Shown here: one piece after another, positions 1 through 9,909 of the stretch
How the letters are laid out: the number at the start of each line of letters is the position of its first letter
Position numbering within the stretch: the stretch's first letter is position 1
Source: Candidatus Marinacidobacterales bacterium
GTDB taxonomy: Bacteria; Acidobacteriota; Vicinamibacteria; Marinacidobacterales; SMYC01
Assembly (NCBI GenBank): GCA_965224085.1
Contig: CBDCYI010000004.1
Location: forward strand, 736,001 to 800,000
Direction of reading: 5' to 3'
DNA: 64,000 nt
Position numbers and translations under genes: made by a program
Notes under the pieces: generated by a model
Told to the model about the DNA's origin: nothing
The model's input: the letters and a program-made list of their open reading frames with translations, nothing else
The model's database searches: none

Positions 1-342
1 ATAGGCGTCGTCCCCTCTCCCCGGCGACGGCAGCGGGAAGGCCGAATGCCGGATGATCAGATAATTGGGCGAGGTTTCGAGATCGTGGTCGGTTCCGAAG
101 CCGAAATAGTTGTTCTGCTTCTTCGCCGACGCGTAGACCCACCTGCGCTCGTCCCGGCTGAAGGGCTTCTCTTCATTATTGCTCGTGACGATGTATTGCC
201 TGAGCTCCGGACCGACGGCCTCGAACATGTATCGAAAATGTCCGATGACGGGAAAGTTTCGCAGGATCGCGTGCTCACGCTGCACGAGGTCGTAAGCGAC
301 GACAGCGAGCACCACGAGCGCAAGGCCGAGGAGGATCCACAT
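1..342 (-). CDS. FMN-binding glutamate synthase family protein, N-terminal part (runs off window edge)
   Basis: Manual translation MWILLGLALVVLAVVAYDLVQREHAILRNFPVIGHFRYMFEAVGPELRQYIV...EKPFSRDERRWVYASAK...FGFGT; purine-rich RBS upstream; not in ORF track. Confidence 0.85.
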   Translation of the reverse strand, partial: MWILLGLALVVLAVVAYDLVQREHAILRNFPVIGHFRYMFEAVGPELRQYIVTSNNEEKPFSRDERRWVYASAKKQNNYFGFGTDHDLETSPNYLIIRHSAFPLPSPGRGDDAY

Positions 343-430
343 TTTCTCTGTCCTTTCCGCGAATTCTCGACCATTCTACCGCCGTCGAGCCTCCCCTGAT
401 ATGCTCTCGCCCGGTGAGGTAAGGTTTCCT

Positions 431-817
431 GTGAAGAGCCATCCCGGTGTCACGGGCGCCCTCGCGCTCGGGGCGCTCACGCTCGTTATCATTCAACTTC
501 TCTCCGAACAGCATGCGCTCGACTTCCTAACCGCCATCCTCGTCGCTGCGGCTTCCGTCTATATCGGCGCGGCCCTCGCCGGCGACAACGGAAAAACGCT
601 CGCGCTAGAAACGACCGCCGGGCTCGCCTTCATCGTTGTGGCACTGTTGGGGCGCTGGTACGCTTCGACGGTTCTAGCTTGGGCTTATCTGGCGCACGGC
701 GCTTGGGACATCTTGCACCACCGCAGAGTCGCGGGCGCGAATACCGGAAAGATCTATCCTGTTCTCTGCTGGGTCTACGACTGGATCATCGCAGCCGTGA
801 TTCTCATCCGATACTGA
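431..817 (+). CDS. small membrane protein, DUF6010-like
   Basis: About 4 hydrophobic segments, AYLAHGAWDILHH motif; GTG start at 431 uncertain (ORF opens at 401). Confidence 0.6.
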   Translation: MKSHPGVTGALALGALTLVIIQLLSEQHALDFLTAILVAAASVYIGAALAGDNGKTLALETTAGLAFIVVALLGRWYASTVLAWAYLAHGAWDILHHRRVAGANTGKIYPVLCWVYDWIIAAVILIRY

Positions 818-821
818 AAAC

Positions 822-1292
822 GTGCTCAAACGAAGTGCAGGACTTTTGATGTATCGCACGAGCGGAAGCGGAAAGCTCGAGCTCTTGCTCGTACACCCCG
901 GGGGGCCCTTTTTTCGTAACAAAGACGACGGCGCGTGGACGATCCCCAAAGGCGAGCTCGAAGCGGACGAGGAACCGCTCGAAACTGCCCGGCGCGAATT
1001 CGCCGAAGAGACCGGGCTCACCGTGCCGGAGTCCGGCTACGTATGTCTCGGAGAGGTCCAACAAAAAGGAGGAAAGCGGGTTTTGGCCTGGGCGTTTCCG
1101 GGCGACGGCGACCCCGACGAGGTGGCCTCCAACACGTTCGAGATCGAGTGGCCGCCCCGCTCGGGCCGCAACCGGTCGTTTCCCGAAATCGATCGCGCGG
1201 GTTTTTTCACGGCCGAGACAGCCCGGATCAAGTTGAACCCCGCGCAGGCGGCATTCGTGGACCGCCTCGAAGAGAAACTCCAAGGAGGCTGA
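822..1292 (+). CDS. NUDIX hydrolase
   Basis: HPGGPFF..DDGAWTIPKGE..E.PLETARREFAEETG Nudix box. Confidence 0.9.
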   Translation: MLKRSAGLLMYRTSGSGKLELLLVHPGGPFFRNKDDGAWTIPKGELEADEEPLETARREFAEETGLTVPESGYVCLGEVQQKGGKRVLAWAFPGDGDPDEVASNTFEIEWPPRSGRNRSFPEIDRAGFFTAETARIKLNPAQAAFVDRLEEKLQGG

Positions 1293-1293
1293 C

Positions 1294-1890
1294 ATGACGG
1301 TAGGAGGCTCGTTTCTGGCTCTCTTTCTGGCCGGCGTGCTCGAAGCGCAGATTCCCGCCTACGAAGCGCTCGTCGCGATCCACGGCGAGATCGAGGATGC
1401 CTCTACTGCCAAGGTGCTATCCGAACTCGAGTCCCGTCTCGCGGCCATTGATATTTCGAGCTGGGATCGCTCGAAGAAAGTCGACTATCTGCTCGTGCGC
1501 GCCCGCCTCGCCGGCAAAGGCTTCGAGTTGCGGGTCATGCGCTCGCGCTCTCGCGATCCGCTAGCTCGCGCGGCTCGCCATCCGCCATCTCGAGCAGCAC
1601 GACGGCGTCGGCCAGGGTGAGCCGGTTCGCTCCTCACAGCCGGCCGGTATCATCGGCTGGTATCGCGATCTCGAAACACGCGTGTCGAGTCATCAACCCG
1701 AGCTCATTGCGAACGTGGACGAGACTCTCGAGGCCGTGATAGGTCTGCGCGATTGGCTCGAGGAGAAGCTCCCGTCGATGACCGCTCCAGCTTGGATCGA
1801 TCTCGAAGACTACGCCTGGTACTTGAAGAATGTGCGGCTTCTTCCCTATTCCGTCGAAGACGTGCGCCGCATCGGCGCGCGGGAGCCCGA
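1294..1890 (+). pseudogene. DUF885-like secreted protein, deleted and frameshifted remnant
   Basis: Signal peptide, KVDYLLVRARL, frame break near 1561, then YAWYLKNVRLLPY; truncated. Confidence 0.5.
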
Positions 1891-2040
1891 CCGTGACGCG
1901 CATGTAGCCGTCCATGTCGAAGGCTTGGCAAACGTGCACTTTTTGCTCCCGCAATAGCTCGATGTCTGTTCGTCGATGGCCTCGGCCATTGCTTCCAAAT
2001 CGAATCCGAAATCAGCCCCGAGCGCGACTTTTGTTCACCT
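1880..2040 (-). pseudogene. HisC-like aminotransferase fragments
   Basis: KVALGADFGFDLEAMAEAIDEQT joined out of frame to C-terminal ELLREQKVHV..DGYMRVTVGLP. Confidence 0.5.
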
Positions 2041-2150
2041 CCCTACCGAGCTCCTCGGTCTTTCGCGGCACGTAGGGATAGGACGGAAACGCGGTCACCG
2101 TGTTTCCCGGCTGTCCCCACCTCGAACGGTAGCTATGTCAGGCTCTCGCT

Positions 2151-3284
2151 CTAGAGGATCTCCGCTCCCGAGACCACTTGGCACGTGTAGAGCTCCGCAG
2201 TCGAGGCTCGCAGATCGTCGGCAAAGGAGCTATTTTGTTCCTTGTCGACGAGCGCAACCGCGCAACCACCGAACCCGCCCCCCGTCATGCGGGCGCCACG
2301 GCAGCCCGGATGGCTTCGAGCAGAGCGGACGATGCGATCGAGATCCGGACTCGAGACCTCGTAGAGCTCGCGCAAGCTCTCGTGAGAGTCCGCCATCAAC
2401 CTATCAAGGCTTTCGACGTCGCCCCGACGGAGCGCCTGCGCCATCTCGAGGGTCCTTCCGTTCTCCCGAATCACGTGTAGCGCGCGGCGGTACGTTGTCT
2501 CGTCCATTGCGGATCGAGCGGCGTCGAGAAGCTCGACGCTCACGTCGCGAAGGGCGCGCGTCGACCCTGCTTGGTGACGCACCGCGGCTATGGCAGCCTC
2601 GCAGCTCTCGCGCCGTTGGTTGTAGGCGCTCGTCGCAAGCTCGCGGCGTGTGCCCGTATCCATCACTACCACCGTGAGCTCCTCGGGCATGGGGACGCGC
2701 TTGATGGTGAGATCCCGACAATCGAGTAGCATCGCCGCGCCACGCTCCGAGAGCGACGACGCCATTTGATCCATGATGCCGCTATTGAGACCGATATAGT
2801 CGTTCTCCACGCGCTGTCCAAGCTTGGCCGCCAAGCGTCCATCCCAACGCGTGCCGCTCGCGTCGAACAACGCCCTAGCCATCGCAAGCTCGAGGGCCGC
2901 GGATGACGAAAGCCCCGCACCCATGGGCACATTTCCGGAAACGACAAAATCGAGGCCGTGTAGAGTGACCTTCTCGTGCGCGAGCGCCCACGCCATGCCG
3001 GCCGCATAGTCGAACCACGATGGCGTGGAAGATACGGGTCCGAGCTTCCCATAAGCAACGCTATAGGACTGCTCGAAATCGATCGAGTAGCCACGCAGCA
3101 GAAAACCGTCGCGATTGGGCGCGTAGGCCACCGTGACGTAACGATCGATGGCAACGGGTAGTACAAACCCTTCGTTGTAATCCGTATGCTCGCCGATGAG
3201 GTTCACTCTTCCAGGGGCTCGCGCGAAACGCGGGCGCTTGCTTCCGAACTGTTTTTCGAAACACGCCGCGAGCGTCTCAATCAC
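2151..3284 (-). CDS. galK: galactokinase
   Basis: APGRVNLIGEHTDYN, PMGAGLSSSAA and GARMTGGGFGG GHMP motifs. Confidence 0.97.
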   Translation of the reverse strand: MIETLAACFEKQFGSKRPRFARAPGRVNLIGEHTDYNEGFVLPVAIDRYVTVAYAPNRDGFLLRGYSIDFEQSYSVAYGKLGPVSSTPSWFDYAAGMAWALAHEKVTLHGLDFVVSGNVPMGAGLSSSAALELAMARALFDASGTRWDGRLAAKLGQRVENDYIGLNSGIMDQMASSLSERGAAMLLDCRDLTIKRVPMPEELTVVVMDTGTRRELATSAYNQRRESCEAAIAAVRHQAGSTRALRDVSVELLDAARSAMDETTYRRALHVIRENGRTLEMAQALRRGDVESLDRLMADSHESLRELYEVSSPDLDRIVRSARSHPGCRGARMTGGGFGGCAVALVDKEQNSSFADDLRASTAELYTCQVVSGAEIL

Positions 3285-3625
3285 AAGCCAGGTTTCCCTG
3301 AAGCGCGTAGCCGCTCCGCGGCCTCTTCGGCGTCGAAGTCACGCTGCGGCTCCGATGTCAGCTCGTAGCCGACAAGAAACTTGCGAACGCTCGCGGAACG
3401 CACGAGCGGGGGAAAGTCGTTGTCAAAAACAAAAACGTCCTCATATTCGGGATTGCGAGCGCCAGACGCACGCCGATTCCCGGGATAGATATAGCACTCC
3501 GGGCCGTAGGAAGACGTAGGCGGGCGTTTTATTTCGTCGCGCCGGCCGAGCCAGGGACGCTTCAGCCGCCCTTTGGAGCACAAGACCCACTCATCCAGTA
3601 GCGGGTTGTATCGCCTCTCGGCCAT
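3281..3625 (-). pseudogene. galT: galactose-1-phosphate uridylyltransferase with a large in-frame internal deletion
   Basis: N-terminal RRYNPLLDEWVL..RPW..FVFDNDF fused directly to C-terminal PPLVRSASVRKFLVGYE..QRD; HPH catalytic motif absent; 114 aa; overlaps galK start. Confidence 0.9.
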
Positions 3626-3768
3626 CCGCGAGAGCGTAAACGATCCTTCTCGAACAGGAAAGTACAGAAACTTTATGCTACCGGGACAGGAATTCATGCG
3701 GGATTAGCGGGTTTGGGCACGAGTTGCTACTCTAAAGACGAACCCTGAGAGCTGAGCGAGCACTGCGA

Positions 3769-4674
3769 ATGCGGCTTGTCACGAGAGGAAACATGGATGG
3801 TCTCACCTGCGCGGTGCTTATCGACCATGCCGAACGTCTCGATGGCATCGAGCTCATCCACCCTCAAGACATCACGAATGACAAGTTCGATGTCAAGCAA
3901 GGCGACATTCTCGCGAACCTCCCCTATCACCCAACTTGTATCAAATGGTTCGACCACCACTCGGCCACGCGGACCTACGACAAACCCCCGACGCTTTTCG
4001 ACGGCAATTACGGGCTTGCGCCGAGCACCGCGCGCCTCGTTTATGACTACTACGTCGCCGACAATCCGGGCTTCAAGCTCCACGATGATCTCGTGAAGGC
4101 GACCGATCGCTATGACAGCGCGCAAGTCACCATCGAAGAAGTCACGAATCCGGAGGGCTATATCTTGCTGGGTTTCACGACGGATCCCCGCACTGGGCTC
4201 GGAAGCTTCAAAGACTATTTCATGAAGCTGGTCGAGACCTTCCAAGAAGGAACCATCGAAGACGTGTTGGCGCTCTCGGAAGTGAAAGCGCGCGCGCGGC
4301 GCATGGCGGACGAGCGGGAGAAATTTCTGGCGGTGGTCAAGCAACAATCCCGTTTGGAAGGCCGCGTGATCGTGACCGATTTGCGTGAGGTCGGGGAGTT
4401 GCCAGCCGGCAATCGCTTCCTTGTCTACACTTTGTTTCCCGAGGCCGCCGTTTCCATCCGCATTGCCTGGGGCCCGAATCGCGAGTTCGTCGTGGCAACG
4501 GTTGGCCACAGCATCTTCAATCGCACCTGCCCCGTGCACGTGGGCGGTCTCATGGCGCGGTATGGAGGCGGAGGTCACCGCGGCGCTGGCGCTACGCCAT
4601 TGTCGGCAGAAAACGCCGATGAGCTCGTCGCCGAGCTCATCTCGAAGCTCAACGAAACGCCGGTCAGCGCTTGA
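3769..4674 (+). CDS. DHH/DHHA1 family phosphoesterase (exopolyphosphatase/nanoRNase-like)
   Basis: RLVTRGNMDG, WFDHH and GGGGHRGAG motifs. Confidence 0.85.
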   Translation: MRLVTRGNMDGLTCAVLIDHAERLDGIELIHPQDITNDKFDVKQGDILANLPYHPTCIKWFDHHSATRTYDKPPTLFDGNYGLAPSTARLVYDYYVADNPGFKLHDDLVKATDRYDSAQVTIEEVTNPEGYILLGFTTDPRTGLGSFKDYFMKLVETFQEGTIEDVLALSEVKARARRMADEREKFLAVVKQQSRLEGRVIVTDLREVGELPAGNRFLVYTLFPEAAVSIRIAWGPNREFVVATVGHSIFNRTCPVHVGGLMARYGGGGHRGAGATPLSAENADELVAELISKLNETPVSA

Positions 4675-5038
4675 CCTTGAGCGTCAGGCCGCGGACGGCT
4701 TCAACGCGCACCGTCTCCCCTTTCGGAACCTCCGGCTCTCCAACGGAAAGCTCCGCCATCCATAGTTCGCCTCGCAGCTTGACATAGCCCCGCGGGCCGA
4801 GCGGCTCCTCGGTCACTGCCTTCTCCCCGAGCAGCCACGTGTGCGCCTCACGCTCCTTGAAATTGTAATGCGGCTTTAGTATCGGATAGAAGAGGACGTC
4901 TTTGACGAGCCAACCGATAAAAACGAGCACGCAAGCAGATGTCGACAGCGAGAGCCAATGATGCGCGCCGGCAAGCAGCGCAATGAGCACGCTCCAACCT
5001 GGAATCTGGAGTAGCCAGTAGCGCCAAAAGACGGTCAA
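4664..5038 (-). CDS. NfeD family protein
   Basis: TM N-terminus plus LGPRGYVKLRGELWMAE..G..VRVEAVRGLTLKV OB-fold. Confidence 0.85.
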   Translation of the reverse strand: MTVFWRYWLLQIPGWSVLIALLAGAHHWLSLSTSACVLVFIGWLVKDVLFYPILKPHYNFKEREAHTWLLGEKAVTEEPLGPRGYVKLRGELWMAELSVGEPEVPKGETVRVEAVRGLTLKVKR

Positions 5039-5523
5039 TGCACTTTGTACTTTGGCGGCGGGGGCGGCTCACCTGGCTCGAAAGGCTCTGGAGGAACGTC
5101 GATGACGGGGCCCGATTCGCTTGGAAACCCCATACCCGCGACGTCTACGTGAACGCGGTTCTCGTCGATCGCCTTTCGCAACCGGTTCATCGAGACATTC
5201 TTCACGACGTCACGAAACACGGGCACCAAGAGAAGAAAGCCGAACGCGTCCGTCAGTATTCCCGGCGTGATGAGCAAGGCTCCCGCGATGAGGATCATAA
5301 CGCCGTCGGCGAGCGATCCAGCGGGAAGCTCGCCGCGCGCCATTTGGTCCTGAGCGCGCCCGACAACCGCGAGTCCCTGCCGACGTGCAAGAGAGGCGCC
5401 CACGACACCCGTCACAGCAATCAGGCCGAGCGTAGGGAGCGTGCCGAGATGACTCCCAACCTCGAGAAGCAGCGCGAGCTCGATCGCCGGAACGACGATG
5501 AAGAGCAAAAGAAGCATTCCCAT
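5035..5523 (-). CDS. fxsA: FxsA family membrane protein
   Basis: LLFIVVPAIELALL..GALLITPGILTDAFGFLLLVP. Confidence 0.9.
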   Translation of the reverse strand: MGMLLLLFIVVPAIELALLLEVGSHLGTLPTLGLIAVTGVVGASLARRQGLAVVGRAQDQMARGELPAGSLADGVMILIAGALLITPGILTDAFGFLLLVPVFRDVVKNVSMNRLRKAIDENRVHVDVAGMGFPSESGPVIDVPPEPFEPGEPPPPPKYKVH

Positions 5524-5683
5524 GCCCTATTATAGGAACGCTCGACGTCGCCGCGAAAATAAATTCCGCGGCCCGAGTTGCTACCGGCTCTCTGCCACCT
5601 GCTTTAAAGTCTGCGCCCTGACACGGCTGACCAGCCAGGCAAAACTGAAAGTTGTTGATAGGAAATCACTTTAGAGCGCCCGG

Positions 5684-6031
5684 CTAGGGTGTTTTGACCC
5701 GCCGGAGGACGGGATAGTACTGCACAAAGACGTTGTCGTCTTCGCCGTGCTCGGCGCGACAGTCATCATGACAGCTCCCGCGGCCGAAGGCGCTCGCGCG
5801 ATCGGCCGTCCCCGAAAACCCGTAATAGGCCCAATCCTCTTCGAAACGGCCGACGTCTTTCACCGCGAACTCGAGGCCGTGAAACTCGCCCGAGAACAGG
5901 CCCGATCCAAAATCCGTTTTCTCGCGCGCGCCATAGAGGGTCATCGCGAGCATAGTCTGGTCGGGAAACGTTCCCGTCTCGACGTAATGCCGATAAGCGC
6001 TCGGCTCTTGTCGACTATCATGGGGAGCCAA
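5684..6031 (-). pseudogene. cytochrome P460 family remnant
   Basis: AYRHYVETGTFPDQTML..GLEFAVKD..WAYYGF..DNVFVQYYPVLR; heme motif reads CHDDCR instead of CxxCH; no N-terminus. Confidence 0.7.
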
Positions 6032-6204
6032 GAAACAGGAGCCCGTCTATCCCGAACGCATGCGAACCTTTGAGTTCTACCCTGTATATGCTAGTCTCAG
6101 CGCCGCTCGACGAAAGGATACCAGCCCTTTGCTTGCGAAGTCTTTCCTCCTCACACTCCCGCTAACGGAAGCCGAGTTCTCTGAAGGCACGAGGCCGCGC
6201 TGAC

Positions 6205-7983
6205 ATGGAAACTTACTCTTTGTCGCTGATTTCACTGGCCCCGGTATTCACGGTGGCGCTCTTCCTCGTCATTCTTCGATGGCCAGCGAGCCGCGCCATG
6301 CCGCTCTCCTACCTCGTGGCCGCAGGGCTTGCGCTCTTTGTTTGGGGTGTCCCCGGCACACAAGTAGTCGCGGCGACCATCAAAGGCATCGTGGTCGCCG
6401 GCACGCTCCTGTACATCATCTTCGGTGCGATTCTTCTGTTGAACACGCTTCAACAGAGCGGCGCCATCCGTACCATCCGCCGTGGCTTCACCGAAATTTC
6501 GCCGGACCGCCGCATTCAAGTCATCATCATCGCGTGGCTCTTCGGCTCTTTCATCGAGGGCTCCGCCGGCTTCGGAACGCCCGCGGCCGTCGCCGTGCCT
6601 CTTCTAGTCGGCCTCGGTTTTCCGGCGCTCGCCGCCGTTCTTGCTGGCATGCTCATCCAAAGCACGCCCGTCTCCTTCGGCGCCGCAGGCACCCCGATCC
6701 TCGTCGGCGTGAGCACCGGCCTGAGCGACGCGGTTAACGTCGAAGCCTTTTCCGCCGCGGGCGGCTTTCAGGAGTGGACAGATTTCTTGGCGATGATCGG
6801 GATGAAAGTCGCTTTCCTGCACGCAGTGGCGGGAACTCTCGTCCCACTCATCGTGCTCGCTTTCGTGACACGGTACTTCGGAGAGAACCGTTCCTTCGCC
6901 GACGGGCTCCGCGTGTGGCGGTTCGCGCTTTTCGCGGCTTTCGCGATGACGATTCCCTACATCATCGTCGCAAATCTCCTCGGGCCGGAATTTCCCGCGC
7001 TCCTCGGCGGGCTCATCGGCCTCGCGATCGTCGTCACCGCGGCTAGACGAGGCCTCTTCATGCCGACGCCTTCCGACTACTGGGATTTCCCCGACAAAGA
7101 GAAGTGGGAACCGGAGTGGTCGGGCACTATCGAGATCCGCGACGAAGGCGGTGCGAACGGTACGATGAGCTCCTACATGGCGTGGGCACCCTACGGCCTC
7201 GTCGGGCTCCTCCTCGTGCTAACGCGGCTTCGGGCGCTTCCGTTTTTTGGATGGCTCAACGCCTGGTCGGTTCGGTGGCCGGATATCCTCGGCTCGTCCA
7301 TCACGGCTAACTTTGAGCCGCTTTTCTTGCCCGGGACCATCTTCATCGTAGTGTCACTCGCCGCGTTCTTTCTGCACCGCCTGGATGCACCTTCCTACGG
7401 GAAAGCCTGGTCGAACTCTCTCAAAACGACGGCCGCCGCTTCGGTCGCGCTGATCTTTACCGTACCGATGGTGCAGGTCTTTATCAATACCGGCGGCGGG
7501 TCGGCCGGCTTCGACCAAATGCCGATCGCGCTCGCCGACGGCGTCGCGTCTCTTGCGGGAAGCGCATGGCCGATTTTCGCTCCTTTCATCGGCGGGCTCG
7601 GCGCCTTCGTCGCGGGAAGCAACACGGTCAGCAACATGATGTTCTCGCTGTTTCAATTCAGCGTCGGCGAACGCATCGGTGTAGACCCAAGCTGGATCGT
7701 AGCCCTTCAGGCGGTCGGTGGCGCCGCGGGGAACATGATTTGCGTCCACAACGTCGTGGCCGCCTCTGCCGTCGTGGGACTGCTCGGAAAAGAAGGTACT
7801 GTCATCCGCATGACGATTCTTCCGTTCGTTTACTATGCGCTGCTCCCTGGGTCTCTCGGCTACTTCATCGTTTGGTACGCGGACAAAGGCGCTTTGAACG
7901 CGGGAGCGGTGCTCCTCGCGGCCATCATCGCTTTCGCCATCTACTTCGTCTCGTCCCAGCTTCGCCAAGGAAACCATTCTTGA
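6205..7983 (+). CDS. L-lactate permease (LctP family)
   Basis: [41 protein letters not shown]; many TM helices. Confidence 0.93.
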   Translation: METYSLSLISLAPVFTVALFLVILRWPASRAMPLSYLVAAGLALFVWGVPGTQVVAATIKGIVVAGTLLYIIFGAILLLNTLQQSGAIRTIRRGFTEISPDRRIQVIIIAWLFGSFIEGSAGFGTPAAVAVPLLVGLGFPALAAVLAGMLIQSTPVSFGAAGTPILVGVSTGLSDAVNVEAFSAAGGFQEWTDFLAMIGMKVAFLHAVAGTLVPLIVLAFVTRYFGENRSFADGLRVWRFALFAAFAMTIPYIIVANLLGPEFPALLGGLIGLAIVVTAARRGLFMPTPSDYWDFPDKEKWEPEWSGTIEIRDEGGANGTMSSYMAWAPYGLVGLLLVLTRLRALPFFGWLNAWSVRWPDILGSSITANFEPLFLPGTIFIVVSLAAFFLHRLDAPSYGKAWSNSLKTTAAASVALIFTVPMVQVFINTGGGSAGFDQMPIALADGVASLAGSAWPIFAPFIGGLGAFVAGSNTVSNMMFSLFQFSVGERIGVDPSWIVALQAVGGAAGNMICVHNVVAASAVVGLLGKEGTVIRMTILPFVYYALLPGSLGYFIVWYADKGALNAGAVLLAAIIAFAIYFVSSQLRQGNHS

Positions 7984-8950
7984 GAATCACTTACGTGTTG
8001 TTCGTCATCGGGCTCGCGGCCAACTCGAGCCCACAGTCGCTCGAGGATGAGACCGTGACTCGCCTCGCGGAATACCTTCGCATCGACACCATCAACCCTC
8101 CGGGGAACGAGTCGAACGCCGTCGACTTCTTCGCGAAGCTACTCGACGCCGAATCGGACATACGCCGCGAGGACGGAGAGAACAAAATCTCCGCTCTCAT
8201 CGGCGCTGTCGCGGAAAACGTTTTCCGGCTCGACCAGCATGGCCTCATCCTCGCTCACCATTCCTCTGAGCGAGCCCGGCCGTTCACGGATGCTGAGTCC
8301 GTTCTCGGGCGTAAAATCGCGGATATTCTCCCGGAAAGCGTCACCGACACTTGCGTCAAAGCACTCGCCAGTGTCGTTGTGGGCGGTGAAACGGTCGCGT
8401 TGCAGTTCAGCATCGATCTCGGCACTGCGACGTGCAGCTATCAGGCGCACTTCGCGCCATCCGGCCAACACGAAGTGCTCCTGACCGTCCGTGATCTGAC
8501 GGAGCAAAAAGAAAAGGATTCTTCGAAACCGCGCCTCGATGCCATTCTCAACGCGACGCTCGATCCCGTAGTGACGGTGACCCAAGAGGGCGAGATCAGC
8601 TACCTCAACCCGGTCGGATTCCAGCTACTTGGGCTCGAGGCGCCACTAGAGGCGGGATTGAAAATCGCCGATTTCCTGCCGGAATGGGCCAGAGACCAGG
8701 TCCAAAAGACGGCGATCAGAACCGCAATCGAAGAAGGAAAGTGGCAGGGCGAGTCGGCTCTGCTCGCGCCCGGCGACACCGAGATCCCTGTATCCATGAC
8801 CGCGGTTTCCCACCCGACAGATTCTAGCGAGGTCGAGCTTGTCTCGCTGATCGCGCGTGACCAGTCCGAGCGCAAGCGTTTCGACGACCACCTTCTATTT
8901 CTCGCAGACCACGATCCGCTGACATCTCTCTACACCCGTCGCCGCTTCCT
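7980..8950 (+). pseudogene. chimeric ORF: M20 peptidase N-terminus fused to PAS-PAS and the start of a GGDEF domain
   Basis: Signal plus LAEYLRIDTINPPGNE (M20), two PAS domains (LTVRDLTEQK; LIARDQSERK), then HDPLTSLYTRRRF and an abrupt junction. Confidence 0.75.
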
Positions 8951-9449
8951 TGCTTCAGCTTGTGGAAGGACGAAAAGCCGACGCCGAAATCATCGAGCGC
9001 CAGGTGGCAGCCGATATGCCGAAGGGCGTTGGCGAAGATCTTTGCGCGATCGGTGTCCGAGATGGCGGTCGTCTCAGTGATCTCGAAGGTCAAAAGCGCG
9101 GGGTCGACGCCATTTTCTTCGAGCTCCTGTTCGATCAACGTCGTGAGCTCGAAATCTCCTAGCGACTTTCCCGACAAGTTGACGGAGAGAGGGACGTCGT
9201 TGCCTGCTTTGTTGGGCTGTGCGTACAGCACGAAGCGCCCGTGTGCGAGGGCGTCCCGAATCAGTTTATCGCCGGAAAGGCGCGAATTGACTTGGGCCTG
9301 CCATTTCTTGTCGGGCGTGAACAATACGAACTGGTCACGGCCTCGCTGCTTGGCGCGGGCGAGCGCTTGATGGGCACGTGACACTAGCTCATCGGCGGTT
9401 GCCCCGTGCTCTGGAAAAAAAGCGATCCCGGCGCTCGCGGTGACACCCC
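8950..9449 (-). pseudogene. inverted GGDEF-tail/EAL fragment of a diguanylate cyclase/phosphodiesterase
   Basis: VTASAGIAFFPEHG..AKQRGRD, LYAQP joined to LSVNLS..FEITET..ALDDFGVGFSSF; EAL-motif segment deleted. Confidence 0.85.
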
Positions 9450-9813
9450 TGGGACGTCGTGGCGATCCCGCCGCTTCTCGAGCTCGACGCGCGCGCCGAG
9501 CCACGCTGCGCGGAGAGCGGCGAGGGCGAGGGTCTCATCCATTTCCTCGTGTCGCCTCGCCGTTTCTGGGACAATGTCGGCTATACGTGAGCCACCATCC
9601 TCTTCTTCCGGTCGGAAGAAGAGGATGGCCCGTTGGTGTGAACGACGACACGTTCAGCTCGGCGCTACGGTTCCCCTTGCGACGTGCTGGGAGCTCGGCC
9701 AACTTTGGTATCGCGATCGGCTGGACGAGGACTGGGAGCCAAAGACCGTGGAAACCGTACGCTCGATTTTCGCGACCGTTGGACTCACGGGTGATTTTTG
9801 GACGGTGGGATAG
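9450..9813 (+). pseudogene. MerB (organomercurial lyase)-like putative selenoprotein remnant with in-frame TGA
   Basis: WDVVAIP..IHFLVSPRRFWDNVGYT[TGA 9588-9590]ATILFFRSEEE, +1 shift, then MARWC..CWELGQLWYRDRL..GLTGDFW. Confidence 0.7.
9588..9628 (+). promoter_or_regulatory. SECIS-like hairpin immediately 3' of TGA
   Basis: CCATCCTCTTCTTCC-GGTC-GGAAGAAGAGGATGG perfect stem with GGUC apex, starting 4 nt after the TGA. Confidence 0.65.
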
Positions 9814-9846
9814 GAGATGGTCCTCGAAAAAGGGCACTCGGAGCCG

Positions 9847-9891
9847 TAAGCGATTGATTCTAAACAACCGCAACTTGGCACGGCCCGTGCA
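9847..9891 (+). promoter_or_regulatory. sigma54 (-24/-12) promoter with upstream IHF-like site
   Basis: TTGGCACGGCCCGTGCA (GG-N10-GC) at 9875-9891; AATCAATCGCTTA on minus strand 9847-9859 matches WATCAANNNNTTR. Confidence 0.75.
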
Positions 9892-9909
9892 GCTGTATTA
9901 TAAAGCGGC

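Noticed and set aside
7566-7979. N-terminal extension of the 504-aa ORF
   Set aside because: It overlaps lactate permease out of frame; the plausible start is TTG 7980
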